Assembly: GCA_027339965.1 (NCBI GenBank)
Contig: DAHWNL010000034.1
Span: 32,001 to 96,000, forward strand
Direction: 5' to 3'
DNA from: Granulicella sp.
GTDB lineage: Bacteria > Acidobacteriota > Terriglobia > Terriglobales > Acidobacteriaceae
DNA length: 64,000 bases
Shown here: piece after piece, positions 9,818 to 20,013 of the stretch
How the letters are laid out: every line of letters begins with the position of its first letter
Position numbering within the stretch: the first letter of the stretch is position 1
The notes under the pieces: generated by a model
What the model saw: only the letters and a program-made list of their open reading frames with translations
Databases searched by the model: none
What the model was told of the DNA's origin: nothing
Translations under genes and position numbers: made by a program

Positions 9818-9945
9818 CAGCCGCAAAATTGCGCTGCCTCCCGCCCCGTCAAACCAGCGAGGAATGGACCTCTTTCCAGATGGTGAATTCGCGGGGTTGA
9901 TTCCGCCGGACCGGCACGCGCACACCCCGAAGCGAGACTGGCAGG

Positions 9946-10695
9946 TCAGCTCTTTCTGGCCCCAGGCCCACCTTTGGCCAGGGCCGTCTTTGTTGCACCG
10001 CCGACTGTCGTGGAGCCGGCCGTCAGATCCTTGCGCAGGCCTTGCGTCAGCAGGGTCGCAAACTCCGCGGCAATCTCATCCGGGGTCAGTTCTCCTTCCG
10101 GCCGGTACCAGGTTCCAATCCAGTTCACGGCTCCGGCAAGAGCAAACGATGCGAGCTTCGCATTGCAGGGCTGCACGGATCCGTCGCGAATACCCTCCTC
10201 GACATAACCCCGGATCGCCATGTCGATCTTGCGCTTGAGGTTGCGCACCTCGCGCCGGGTCTTGGCGGATAGCTCCGCATCATCCAGCATCGCCACGCAA
10301 CGGCCAAAGTCGAAACTTACCACCGCCTTGGTATACGCCTCCACATAGGCCTTTACCTTGTTGAGTCCGTTGCCGTGACTCACGGCGGCCTTATCCAGCA
10401 ATCCCTCAATCGCCAGAATTCCAAGGCGATAACACTCCACCAGAATCTCTTCCTTGTTGTGAAAGTAATAGTACAAGGCCGGCTTGGTAATCTTCAGGCG
10501 TCGGCCGAGATCGCTCATGGAAGTGCGCCGATACCCATGCTCCAGGAACAGATGCGCAGCCGTCTGCAGCACGGCATCGCGCTTGGCGTCCACATTGCGC
10601 TGCCGAACCAGGAACGCCTTCCATGGTTCTCGCGGCTGATTTTCCGCTCCACTGGTGTCTGCTGTCTTCGCCAACTCTCCCTCTTCCTTCGTCAA
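9946..10695 (-). CDS. TetR/AcrR-family transcriptional regulator
   Basis: AAHLFLEHGYRRTSMSDL...ITKPALYYYFHNKEEIL HTH; C-terminal GAVNWIGTWYRPEG. Confidence 0.93.
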   Translation of the reverse strand: MTKEEGELAKTADTSGAENQPREPWKAFLVRQRNVDAKRDAVLQTAAHLFLEHGYRRTSMSDLGRRLKITKPALYYYFHNKEEILVECYRLGILAIEGLLDKAAVSHGNGLNKVKAYVEAYTKAVVSFDFGRCVAMLDDAELSAKTRREVRNLKRKIDMAIRGYVEEGIRDGSVQPCNAKLASFALAGAVNWIGTWYRPEGELTPDEIAAEFATLLTQGLRKDLTAGSTTVGGATKTALAKGGPGARKS

Positions 10696-10976
10696 GGTGA
10701 ATGAGCCAACCTGAGTCTGGCCGCCATATTATTCCATAAAACAGATGCTCTTCCGCACCTTGCGAAAAAGCAGCGGAGATCTCATCCGCAGTCTCAGAAT
10801 CCCGCAGAAGAGGACCGCAGAGGCCAGATTCTCCCAGCACCCCTCCGCCAGCATCATGGTTCCGCTTCACGGATGGAGCTGGAACCCAAAAGTGCGATCG
10901 TGCATCAGCGTAGGCTGATCTTCGTCAGGCTGGATCTAGTCTTTCGGCATCCAGACACGGCCCTTTGGACAGCACC

Positions 10977-11795
10977 TCAATCCAGAAACAGATCCTTCTG
11001 CAACGGCCCTCCAGGGGTCAGCGCATAGCCAGAAAGATCCTGTACGCCGGCCAGCGAGAGCACCTGCTCATCGAGAAAGAAGTTGCCGGTGGTTGCCCGG
11101 CTATCCTGGGTTAGAATCCAGTGCGCCGCATCGGCCATGATCTCCGGCGTCCTGCCACGCTCGGGATGAACGCTGGGAATCACCTGCAGGGCGGCCGTTG
11201 CAATGATGGTTCGTGGCCACAGCGCATTGACCGCAATTCCCTGCGCCCGAAACTCCTCCGCCATTCCCAGAACGCACATACTCATTCCATACTTCGCCAT
11301 CGTGTAAGCTGCATGCCGCTTGAACCACTTCGCCTGCATGTTCAAGGGCGGCGACAGGTTCAAAATATGGGGATTGTTGGCCCGGGCCAGATACGGCAGA
11401 CAGATCTGAGAACAGAGAAACGTACCCCGAACGTTAACACCCATCATCAGATCAAAGCGCTTCATGGTGGTCTCCGCAGTTCCAGTCAGGGTGATCGCGC
11501 TGGCGTTATTCACCAGGATATCGATTCCGCCAAAGTGATCCGCACCTCGATTGACGGCCTTGCGGACCTGTTCCTCATCGCGGACGTCCACTTCAAGCGG
11601 GAGCGCCCGTCCGCCCAGCACCTCAATGGACTCGGCTGCCGTGTAGATGGTTCCCGGCAGCTTGGGATGGGGGGTTACGGTCTTGGCCGCAACCACCACA
11701 TTGGCTCCATCCCGTGCCGCCCGCAACGCAATCGCGAGCCCAATTCCTCGGCTGGCTCCGGTGATAAACACTGTCTTATCTTGCAACGTGCCCAT
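10977..11795 (-). CDS. SDR oxidoreductase, HSDL2-like
   Basis: TGASRGIG, VNNAS, YTMAK, NALWPRT motifs. Confidence 0.92.
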   Translation of the reverse strand: MGTLQDKTVFITGASRGIGLAIALRAARDGANVVVAAKTVTPHPKLPGTIYTAAESIEVLGGRALPLEVDVRDEEQVRKAVNRGADHFGGIDILVNNASAITLTGTAETTMKRFDLMMGVNVRGTFLCSQICLPYLARANNPHILNLSPPLNMQAKWFKRHAAYTMAKYGMSMCVLGMAEEFRAQGIAVNALWPRTIIATAALQVIPSVHPERGRTPEIMADAAHWILTQDSRATTGNFFLDEQVLSLAGVQDLSGYALTPGGPLQKDLFLD

Positions 11796-11890
11796 TTCCC
11801 ATGCTCGCTTTCTAAGTGTCTCTCGGATCGTTCCCGGCCGCTGAGCCCATCCCCCGCCCCACCCTGCAAATCGAAGTGTAAAAAAGGGAG

Positions 11891-11932
11891 GTGACAGATG
11901 TTGTCACTTTTAGTTATCTTACCCTTCGTTAA
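11891..11932. promoter_or_regulatory. Two palindromic candidate operators in the SDR / acyl-CoA synthetase divergent spacer
   Basis: GTGACA-N5-TGTCAC (11891-11907) and TTACCC-TT-CGTTAA (11919-11932). Confidence 0.5.
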
Positions 11933-11951
11933 GGAAATTGGAAGAACATTG

Positions 11952-13691
11952 ATGCTCTCCTTCGATCAAACCCGCTTTTCCGAGTCCATCGCTGTCGGCC
12001 CCGCCTTGCCGGATAGCGAACTGCCCCTGCCAAGGATCTATGCCTGCGAGCGAGATACGCCGTTGCAACCGCTCTTCACCCAGCCGCTGAACGGCGAACT
12101 CTTCCACTGGAACTGGTCAAGCGCCATGCAGGAGGCGCGGCGCGTGGCCGCATGGATTCAAGCTCAAAACTGGCCCAGCGGCTCCAACATCGCCATCCTC
12201 AGCAAGAACTGCGCGTGGTGGATCATGGCCGACTTTGCCATCTGGATGGCAGGACACGTCAGTGTTCCCCTGTTCACCTCCGCCAATGACGCCTCCCTGA
12301 GCAAGCTTATCCGGCATAGCCAGGCCGTTGCATGCTTTGTTGGCCAGTTGGATCATCCCCTGCCGATGGGACAGGAGGCCTTTGGAAGCCTGGCCTACAT
12401 TGCGTTCCCGAACTGCTCTGTGGAAAACATACCCCAGGGGAGCGTCTCGTGGTCCGAGATCATCGCGAAGCACTCTCCTCTGGGAGGCAATCCGCAGCGT
12501 GGAGCGGACGAGGTAGCCACCATCATCTACACCTCCGGGACCACAGGTGAATCCAAAGGGGCCATGCAAACCTTCCGATCCATGATCCTCATGGGCAAGT
12601 CCATGGAACCAGCCTTCGGCGTCAACCCTGATTCCGGGCTGGATCGAATTCTCTCCTACCTGCCGCTGGCCCATATCGCCGAGCGAGCCATCGTCGAGAT
12701 GAACTCCCTCATCGTCCCCATGCATATCTTCTTCAGCGAGGGGCTGCCCACCTTCCTCACCGACCTTGCCCGCTCCCGATGCACCCTCTTCTTCTCCATT
12801 CCTCGGCTCTACATACGATTCCAGCAGAGCGTCTTTGAAAAGATTCACCGGAGGAAACTCAATCTCCTTCTAGCCATCCCAGTCCTGGGCAGGATTGTTC
12901 GCAGAAAGATCGTCACCAATCTCGGCCTGGGCGAAACCCGGCTGATCTGCTCCGGCGGCGCGGCGATCCCGGTGGACATCATCCAGTGGTACCGCAAGCT
13001 GGGCCTCAACTTTCTGGAAGGCTACGGAATGACCGAGACCGGCATCACCCATGCGCCGCTGCCCGGCCAGGCGAGGCTGGGTTACGTTGGCAGCGCCAGC
13101 CCCTGGGCGCTTACCCGCATCTCCCCGGAGGGCGAGGTCCAGATCAAAGGCCCCATGAACATGCTGGGCTACTATCGCAATCCTGAACTCTCGCGCGAGG
13201 CGTTCACCGAGGACGGATTCTTCCGCACCGGCGATCGAGGAGAGATCGATAGCCTCGGCCGCCTTCGCCTCGTTGGCCGCATCAAGGATGAGTTCAAGAC
13301 CTCCAAAGGCAAGTACGTCGCTCCCGGCCAGATTGAAAAACTGCTTGCCGTCTCCTATCTCTTCGAGTCCGTTGCGGTCTTCGGCGACGGACTGACGGCC
13401 CCTTTCGCCATCGCCGTGCTGGCACCCCCCCTGCGCAAGAAGCAATCGAATCCCGAGGATCGCGCTGACATCGAAACCAAACTCACTGCGGAACTCGATT
13501 CGGTCAACTCCAAACTGGAGCACCACGAGCAACTCCGATTCATTGTCATCTCCGAGCAACCTTGGACAGTTGACAATCAACTTCTTACCCCCACACTCAA
13601 AGTTCGCCGGGTCGCCCTCGAACAGCGTCTCTCCCCCCGCTTCGCCGACTGGGAGGATTCCCAGAAGAAAGTGATCTGGATCGAGACGTGA
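11952..13691 (+). CDS. Long-chain fatty-acid--CoA ligase (AMP-binding)
   Basis: YTSGTTGESKG, SYLPLAH, EGYGMTE, FRTGD, LTPTLKVRR. Confidence 0.93.
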   Translation: MLSFDQTRFSESIAVGPALPDSELPLPRIYACERDTPLQPLFTQPLNGELFHWNWSSAMQEARRVAAWIQAQNWPSGSNIAILSKNCAWWIMADFAIWMAGHVSVPLFTSANDASLSKLIRHSQAVACFVGQLDHPLPMGQEAFGSLAYIAFPNCSVENIPQGSVSWSEIIAKHSPLGGNPQRGADEVATIIYTSGTTGESKGAMQTFRSMILMGKSMEPAFGVNPDSGLDRILSYLPLAHIAERAIVEMNSLIVPMHIFFSEGLPTFLTDLARSRCTLFFSIPRLYIRFQQSVFEKIHRRKLNLLLAIPVLGRIVRRKIVTNLGLGETRLICSGGAAIPVDIIQWYRKLGLNFLEGYGMTETGITHAPLPGQARLGYVGSASPWALTRISPEGEVQIKGPMNMLGYYRNPELSREAFTEDGFFRTGDRGEIDSLGRLRLVGRIKDEFKTSKGKYVAPGQIEKLLAVSYLFESVAVFGDGLTAPFAIAVLAPPLRKKQSNPEDRADIETKLTAELDSVNSKLEHHEQLRFIVISEQPWTVDNQLLTPTLKVRRVALEQRLSPRFADWEDSQKKVIWIET

Positions 13692-14551
13692 AGAACCTGA
13701 AGCACCAATCGGCCACCACCCCAGAGAGCATCCATGCTCAACGGCTGCACCTCATCCTGGACGGCAAGCGCACGGAGGTCGCCCACTACAGGCTCGGTTT
13801 TCCCCAGGGCAACGTCCTCCTGTTGCATGAGGCGCTGGGCTCGGTGAGCTACTGGAAGCGCTTCCCGCACAGTCTCGCCCAGGCTTCGGGCTACAACGTG
13901 ATCGCCTACTCTCGCGCCGGTCATGGCGACTCCGAGGGTCCACTCTCCCAACGCTCGGACGCTGATTACCTGCACCAGGTCCAAGTGCTGATTCCAGCCC
14001 TTCTGGCGCACTTCAAGGTCACTGCTCCCGTGCTCTACGGTCACAGCGAAGGCGCCGGCATCGCTCTTCTCTACGCTGCCACGCACCCACTGCCTCAAAA
14101 GGGCAGCACCGAATCCAGCGGCGTCCGCGCGTTGATTCTCGAAAGCCCCTTCGTCGTTGCTACCGGCTCGGCCGGCGAGCTGATCCGGAAGATGGCGGCG
14201 TCTTACCCCGGCAGCAAGCTCCAGGAGCGCCTCGCCCACTACCACCAGCACCCGGATGAGGTCTTTTACGCTTGGTCCAACTGGGCTGCGGGACTGGGCA
14301 AGGAGATCTTTCCCCTCCAGGACTTTCTGCCACGGATCACCTGTCCTGTCCTGGCCCTCCAGGGCGAACGGGACGAATTCGGAACCTCCGGTCAATTGGA
14401 GGCGCTGCGAAGATCCATCCCTCACTTGCAACACCAAACCTTCCCCAACACCGGTCATCTCCCACACAAAGAGCAGACTGACTTTGTTCTGAAGACTGTC
14501 TTTGCGTTTCTATCCAACCTTCAGCCGCAAGGGAACGGCTCCAAATCTTAG
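13688..14551 (+). CDS. Alpha/beta-fold hydrolase
   Basis: LLHEALG, nucleophile elbow GHSEG, QGERDEF, GHLPH; overlaps the ligase stop (GTGA). Confidence 0.9.
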   Translation: MKNLKHQSATTPESIHAQRLHLILDGKRTEVAHYRLGFPQGNVLLLHEALGSVSYWKRFPHSLAQASGYNVIAYSRAGHGDSEGPLSQRSDADYLHQVQVLIPALLAHFKVTAPVLYGHSEGAGIALLYAATHPLPQKGSTESSGVRALILESPFVVATGSAGELIRKMAASYPGSKLQERLAHYHQHPDEVFYAWSNWAAGLGKEIFPLQDFLPRITCPVLALQGERDEFGTSGQLEALRRSIPHLQHQTFPNTGHLPHKEQTDFVLKTVFAFLSNLQPQGNGSKS

Positions 14552-14580
14552 TCCTGTTCCAAGACTGATTGAGGTTTACC

Positions 14581-15336
14581 ATGCCACATCCCGCTCGCTT
14601 CACGCATCACCGCAATCTATTCCTCCTGATGACGTTGGTTCTCTCGCTGAGTACTCTTCGCTCAGCCTCTGCTCAGCAGAGCTACGTTGGCCGCTATGGG
14701 GTTTACACAGGATTCTCGGATCTTTACACCCCGGGACTGAATGATATTCAGCAATACGGTTTTCATCTCCAGGCAGGAGAAGACCTGAAGTCCTGGCTTG
14801 GGGCCGGCTTTGACTACAGCGTCCAGACTGGCAATACCAGCCTGATTCCGAGCATGGCCAGTTCGGCAGTGCTGGCCGGGATTGAAGAGTTGTACGCCCA
14901 GGGAGTCCTGCCGCTTACCTACAATGTGGATGTACCCATCTCTGCAACCACGCAGACCTTTACGATGGGGCCAACCTTCAACTACCGTCACTTCTCCAAG
15001 GTCACGCTGTTCATCCACCCCAGCCTTGCCGCTTTCCGTCTCGCCGCAACCGCCCATCCGCGCGCCGGAACGGATGATCCGATCGTCGTCGGAGCGTTGG
15101 AAGCCGGAAACTATATTTCGCCGCAGGGAACCATCTCCGATTGGACCGGAGCCTACGGTTTAGGCGGCGGCGCGGAGCTCGTTCTCACTCCGCACATCGG
15201 CGCCCGCGCACAACTGGATGCGGTGTGGAATCACCCTTTCAACGCCATCCTGGGCAGCGGCGGTTGGAGCTACCGCTATTCCGTCGGGCCGGTGTTCCAT
15301 TTCGGGCGCAACATTCTCAGAACTGGCGAGGAGTAA
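14581..15336 (+). CDS. Putative outer-membrane beta-barrel protein
   Basis: Signal peptide ending ASA-Q, alternating aromatic beta-strands, C-terminal YSVGPVFHFG. Confidence 0.7.
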   Translation: MPHPARFTHHRNLFLLMTLVLSLSTLRSASAQQSYVGRYGVYTGFSDLYTPGLNDIQQYGFHLQAGEDLKSWLGAGFDYSVQTGNTSLIPSMASSAVLAGIEELYAQGVLPLTYNVDVPISATTQTFTMGPTFNYRHFSKVTLFIHPSLAAFRLAATAHPRAGTDDPIVVGALEAGNYISPQGTISDWTGAYGLGGGAELVLTPHIGARAQLDAVWNHPFNAILGSGGWSYRYSVGPVFHFGRNILRTGEE

Positions 15337-15408
15337 GCCCTGTCGACGTCCGCGTGCGGCCACAGCAAATGAATCGCCGCCGCACGCTTCCCTGCACTGG
15401 AGACACGC

Positions 15409-15960
15409 ATGAAGCTCTCGTTCAGATCCCTTACCGCACTCCTGGCCGCCACAATCCTCTGCGGCGGACAACCCGCGCTGGCTCACCTCAGCCCCAACAC
15501 AGCCCCCTCGGTTAGCCCGGTCCACTCTCGCATGGACGCCAGGTCCTCAGATCCTGGTGGAGATTCTGCACAAATGGCAGCTCCTTCGGGCCCCTGCACC
15601 CTGATCATCCACGTCGATGGCTTTCGCAGCCAGAAGGGCGACGCTGGCATCTCCTTGTTCACCTCCGCCGATGGCTGGCCGGAGAACAACGACAAAGCAT
15701 TCTTCCACGGCCCAAATCCCTTCTCAGGCGCCTCGGCCACCATCACCCTCCACGTCCCAACCGGACGCTACGCTATCGCCGCCCTGGCCGACACCAACGG
15801 CGACCACCATATGGATCGCAACATCTTTGGAATCCCCAAGAAGGGCTTCGGATTTTCCAACAATCCCAAGGTCTTTCTTACCGCGCCATCCTTTGACAAA
15901 GCAGCTCTCCCGGTGGTCTGCCCAGTCACCCAAACCACCATCCATCTTCTCTATCGATAA
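15409..15960 (+). CDS. DUF2141-family exported protein
   Basis: Signal peptide; GRYAIA..D.NGD..MDRNIFGIPKKGFGFSNNP...PSFDKA. Confidence 0.85.
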   Translation: MKLSFRSLTALLAATILCGGQPALAHLSPNTAPSVSPVHSRMDARSSDPGGDSAQMAAPSGPCTLIIHVDGFRSQKGDAGISLFTSADGWPENNDKAFFHGPNPFSGASATITLHVPTGRYAIAALADTNGDHHMDRNIFGIPKKGFGFSNNPKVFLTAPSFDKAALPVVCPVTQTTIHLLYR

Positions 15961-16162
15961 AGTTTGCTAACCAGTGAATTCTGCTGTCTCGAATCTTCCG
16001 GGCGTTTTCATCCCTCCCCACAAGCTCGGCGACCAGGGCGCTGGAGGGAAAGGACCATTTCATCGCAACCGCGGGGCTGCCTCATCGGCACGGAACAGAA
16101 AGCCATGGGCTCACTTTGCTGCACCAGACTGAAAACCGTCCCAACGGTGCTGCGAAAGCGGG

Positions 16163-17218
16163 CTATTCCGCGTTACGCCACCAGCCGGAGCGAAGCTCCG
16201 TGCCGGCAACCACCTCAGTGGGCGCACCCGGCTCCGGCAGCCACAGCTTGATTCCCCGTTCATCGGCAAGTTCCAGGATCCGCTCCACCGGTTCTCTCCA
16301 GGGGTGCAGGGCCAGGTTGAAGAGTCCCCAATGAATGGGCATCAGCAATCCGTCTGGAGCCTCCATGGCTTGAAAGGCCCTGGCGGCATTGTCGGGTCCG
16401 AGATGAATGCTGGACCACAGAGGGTGAAAGGCCCCGATCTCCAACATCATCAGATCAAAGGAGCAAGAACGCCCGTCCGGATGGCTTCTGTAGTGGCCGG
16501 CAATCTCCCCGAATCCCTCCCACCAGCCTGAGTCCGCCCCATAAAAAATCCTGTGGCGCGGCCCCTCCAGCACGAACGATCCCCACAGCGTGGTGAACCG
16601 GTCGAAGATCCCCCGACCGGAAAAGTGTCGTGCCGGCCAGGAGGTGATTCTCAACTGCCTCATCTCCGCACTCTCGGTCCAATTCAACTCTGTAATCTTC
16701 TCCGCCGCAACGCCAAAACCACGCAGCCGCTTGGCCACACCCAGCGAGGTGATCCAATGCGCCCCGGCAGCGGCCTCCGCCCTCGCCAGCCGCATCACGG
16801 TCATTGCCCCCAGGTGGTCATAGTGATCGTGGGAGATCAGCACCACATCGATTCTGGGCAGGCTCTCCATTGGCATCGTAGGCGCAAAGAAGCGCTCAGG
16901 GCCCAGGAATGGGATTGGGCTGGCTCGCTGCTCCCATACCGGATCCACCAGCACGCACATCCCATCGATCTCGATGAGAGAGGACGAGTGCCCAAACCAG
17001 GTGACGCGCAATCCGCTGGCCGGCTGGGTGGAAAAGATCGCCGGATCAGTCCGGAAAGGCCCCAAAGGCCGGCTGGGTTCCACCATCCCCCGGTTCTTCA
17101 TGTACAGAGGCAGCACCTTGAACACCAAACCGGGCCCGCCGACCTTGGTCGGCACAGGATTCAAGAACCTGCGCCCTCTCTTTTCCGCTCGCTTTAGAAA
17201 ATTCACCGATCCATCCAC
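16163..17218 (-). CDS. MBL-fold metallo-hydrolase (NAPE-PLD/RomA-like)
   Basis: TWFGHSS, VDPVW, ISHDHYDHL, PARHFSGR, YGADSG, PIHWGLF. Confidence 0.9.
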   Translation of the reverse strand: MDGSVNFLKRAEKRGRRFLNPVPTKVGGPGLVFKVLPLYMKNRGMVEPSRPLGPFRTDPAIFSTQPASGLRVTWFGHSSSLIEIDGMCVLVDPVWEQRASPIPFLGPERFFAPTMPMESLPRIDVVLISHDHYDHLGAMTVMRLARAEAAAGAHWITSLGVAKRLRGFGVAAEKITELNWTESAEMRQLRITSWPARHFSGRGIFDRFTTLWGSFVLEGPRHRIFYGADSGWWEGFGEIAGHYRSHPDGRSCSFDLMMLEIGAFHPLWSSIHLGPDNAARAFQAMEAPDGLLMPIHWGLFNLALHPWREPVERILELADERGIKLWLPEPGAPTEVVAGTELRSGWWRNAE

Positions 17219-17290
17219 TCACGCAACAAACTCATAGAGTTAGACGCGCTCTGCCTCACATCGATGCAAGCGCCCCGGGCCGGCATCCCG

Positions 17291-19067
17291 CTATTCTCCG
17301 CCGTAGAGCGTTTCAATCCTCTCCTTGCACCGGTCCAGGATGACCCTGCGCATCAGCTTCATACTGGGCGTCAACTCACCGCCTTCGATACTCCACTCCT
17401 CGGCGAGCACGCCTATCTTCTTCAAGCGCTCATGGTCCTGCAACTGGGCATTGACGCGCCTTACGAGCGTCTCGTAGTGCTTCTTTACCCTTGGGTCTCG
17501 CACCAGCTCCTCATCGTCGCGCGCCATCACGCCGTGCTCCTCAGCCCATCGCCGCAGCGCCCCCAGGTCCGGCGAGATCAGAACCGCGGCAAACTTTCGC
17601 GCGTCTCCAATCACCGCCGCGTTTCCCACCAGTTCATCGGCCTTCAGCTTGCCTTCGATCGGCTGCGGCGCAATGTACTTTCCGCTGCTTGTCTTGATCA
17701 GTTCCTTCTTGCGGTCAGTGATGGAAATAAACCCGTCCTTGTAGTCTCCGATGTCTCCGGTTTTGAACCATCCATCCTCGGTGAACTCGGCCCTGGTTAG
17801 GTCCTCTTTGAGCCAATACCCGGCGAAGACCGTCTCTCCTCGCACCTGAATCTCTCCATCTTCGGCCACGCGCAGCTCCAGATTCGGAATCACCGGACTG
17901 ACCGTCCCGATCCGGTAGGCATCAAACGTGTTGCGCGACACCAGGGGCGAAGTCTCCGTCAAACCATAGCCTTCAAATATTCGGATCCCCATGTCCAGAA
18001 ACCACTTGGCCGCATCCATGCCCAGCGGCACCCCTCCAGAGACCCAGAGCTTCGCCTGGCCACCAAAGGCCGCTCTGAGCTTGCTGTAGACCAGCCTGTT
18101 GGCCAGCCGCCAACCGGGCGCGCTCGGGGTTCTTCCCTCCATCAACTCCTGGCGATGTCTCCGCCCCTGGAGCAGAGCCCAGTGCAGGATTCTCTTCCGG
18201 ATCCCTTTGGCATGGGCCTCCGTGCTCTGCCGAACCTTCTCGTACACTCGCGGCACGGCCAGAAAGATCTGCGGCCTCACGGTTTGCATCGCGCCCTTCA
18301 AATCATCAAATTTCGTCAGGTAAGCAATCCTTCCGCCATGGCCGTAAATGGCATAGCCAAGATGCCGAGCCAGGGAGTGGCTCAGAGGCAAAAATGAGAT
18401 TGTGCGATCCCCCTCTCCCATACTCAGCCCTTCCGTGGAGTAACGCAGATCCGCCGTCAGGTTGCGATGAGTCAGCCTCACGCCCTTGGGGTCGCCAGTG
18501 GTGCCGGAGGTGTAGACGATGGTTGCCAGATCCTCCGGGCGGGTCTGCCGCAGTAACGCATCGCATGTTGCATCCGCCCTCTCGAGATCTGAAGCGTGCA
18601 CGAAGATCTCAGCTAAATTGACGGCGTTGTCCAACTCGCAGTCGTCCAGCACACCAACAAACTCCAGGGTGGGAATCGCCCCTGCCGCCACTAGTTTCTT
18701 GTACTGCAGACGATTGGAAACGATAACCGCCCGCACCCCGGCATCGCGCAGGATCGAACCCACCTGACTCCGGCAAAAGGGTGTCGTAGAGCGGCACGTC
18801 AACCGCACCGATGGCCAGCACCGCAAAGTCCACCACCGGCCACTCCCAGCGATTCTCGCTGACCAGCCCGAAGCGATCTCCGCGCTCGATTCCCCAGCTC
18901 TGGAGCAGCGCCACCAACGCTCTGACGCGTCCGTACATCTGCTGCGACTTCACTTCCTTCCACTCCGAGCCGCTCTTCCACATCGCCACCGGGGTCGCGC
19001 CACGATGGCTCATGCGTTCAAACAGCTCGTTGATGGTAGAAAACTCCAGCCTCGAGAAATCGATCAT
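17291..19067 (-). pseudogene. Long-chain fatty-acid--CoA ligase split by a single frameshift (pseudogene or sequencing error)
   Basis: N-terminal ORF (SENRWEW...VPLYDTLLPE) and C-terminal ORF (QVGSILRD...YTSGTTGDPKG, EGYGLTE, FKTGD) join into one protein if one base near 18767 is removed. Confidence 0.85.
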
Positions 19068-19328
19068 CCAACAATGCTCCCTTTACCCCAGGTTCCCCGC
19101 TCGACGGCATTTTACCCGCCTGCGATGAAATTAGGCGTTCCTACCCAAATTCCATAGGTTCCACGCCTGCCGCGCCTCCGGTGCGTTTCACTCCAATGCG
19201 CCACCTCCTTCTGCCGTCAAACCTGCCCCCACCCGTCTCCGCAGCTTGAACGCTCTGCAGCGGCGGTCCTGCTTCGGATGGGCGGGGCAACTTTCCCGAA
19301 CTCGCCGGCGCAGGCCGGAGTAGCTCCC

Positions 19329-19890
19329 ATGAAAGACGCTCCGCAGGTCGGCCTATCCGCTCCAACTTGCGCACCGCCCTGCGACTTGCCACTCTCTTCT
19401 CCAGCGTCAAGTTATTCCTGCAGTTTGCTCTCACGTTCTGGACGCTGCATCTCGGCTATGGCTACTTCCGGGACGAGTTCTATTCCAACGCCTGAGGCAC
19501 CGCCTTGTCTGGGCTATGTGGACCACGCGCCGATTGTAGCCCCGCAGGCTCGGCTGGGCGAGTGGCTCTTCGGAGACTCCGTATTCGCGATTCGAGTGCT
19601 GTCCGCGATTGCCGGGGCGGGGACCGTCATTCTTACCTGCATCCTCGCCTGGGCGATGGGCGGTCGCCTACCCGCCCAGGCCCTGGCCATGTTCCGTGTT
19701 CTCGTCTGCTCTCCGTTCATCGGCGTCGACGGATTTCTCTCCATGGAACTCCTTTGAGCCGGCCTTCTGGATGATCTGTGTTTTGGCGCTTCTGCTTCTG
19801 CTGGAACGGGGTTTCCGAACGGCTCTGGTGGCCGGTCTTTGGCGTAGCCGCGAGAGTTGGTTTGCTCAACAGACCCTCGATGCCCTTCGA
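19329..19890 (+). pseudogene. Degraded GT39/ArnT-like membrane glycosyltransferase, 5' fragment
   Basis: Motifs spread over different frames: YGYFRDEFYSNA* (TGA 19493), GYVDHAP...FGDSVFAIR, NSFEPAFW, GLLNRPSM; then truncated. Confidence 0.75.
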
Positions 19891-20013
19891 GCGCCAAAGG
19901 ACCATCTACCTGCGGCGCGGAAGGCGAGCTTCAGCGCCATTCCACTGGTCCGTTGAGAGGTATTCTTTCTAGCCTTGGGCAGGCTTGCCGGCGGCTTTGA
20001 TACCCTCCCAACA

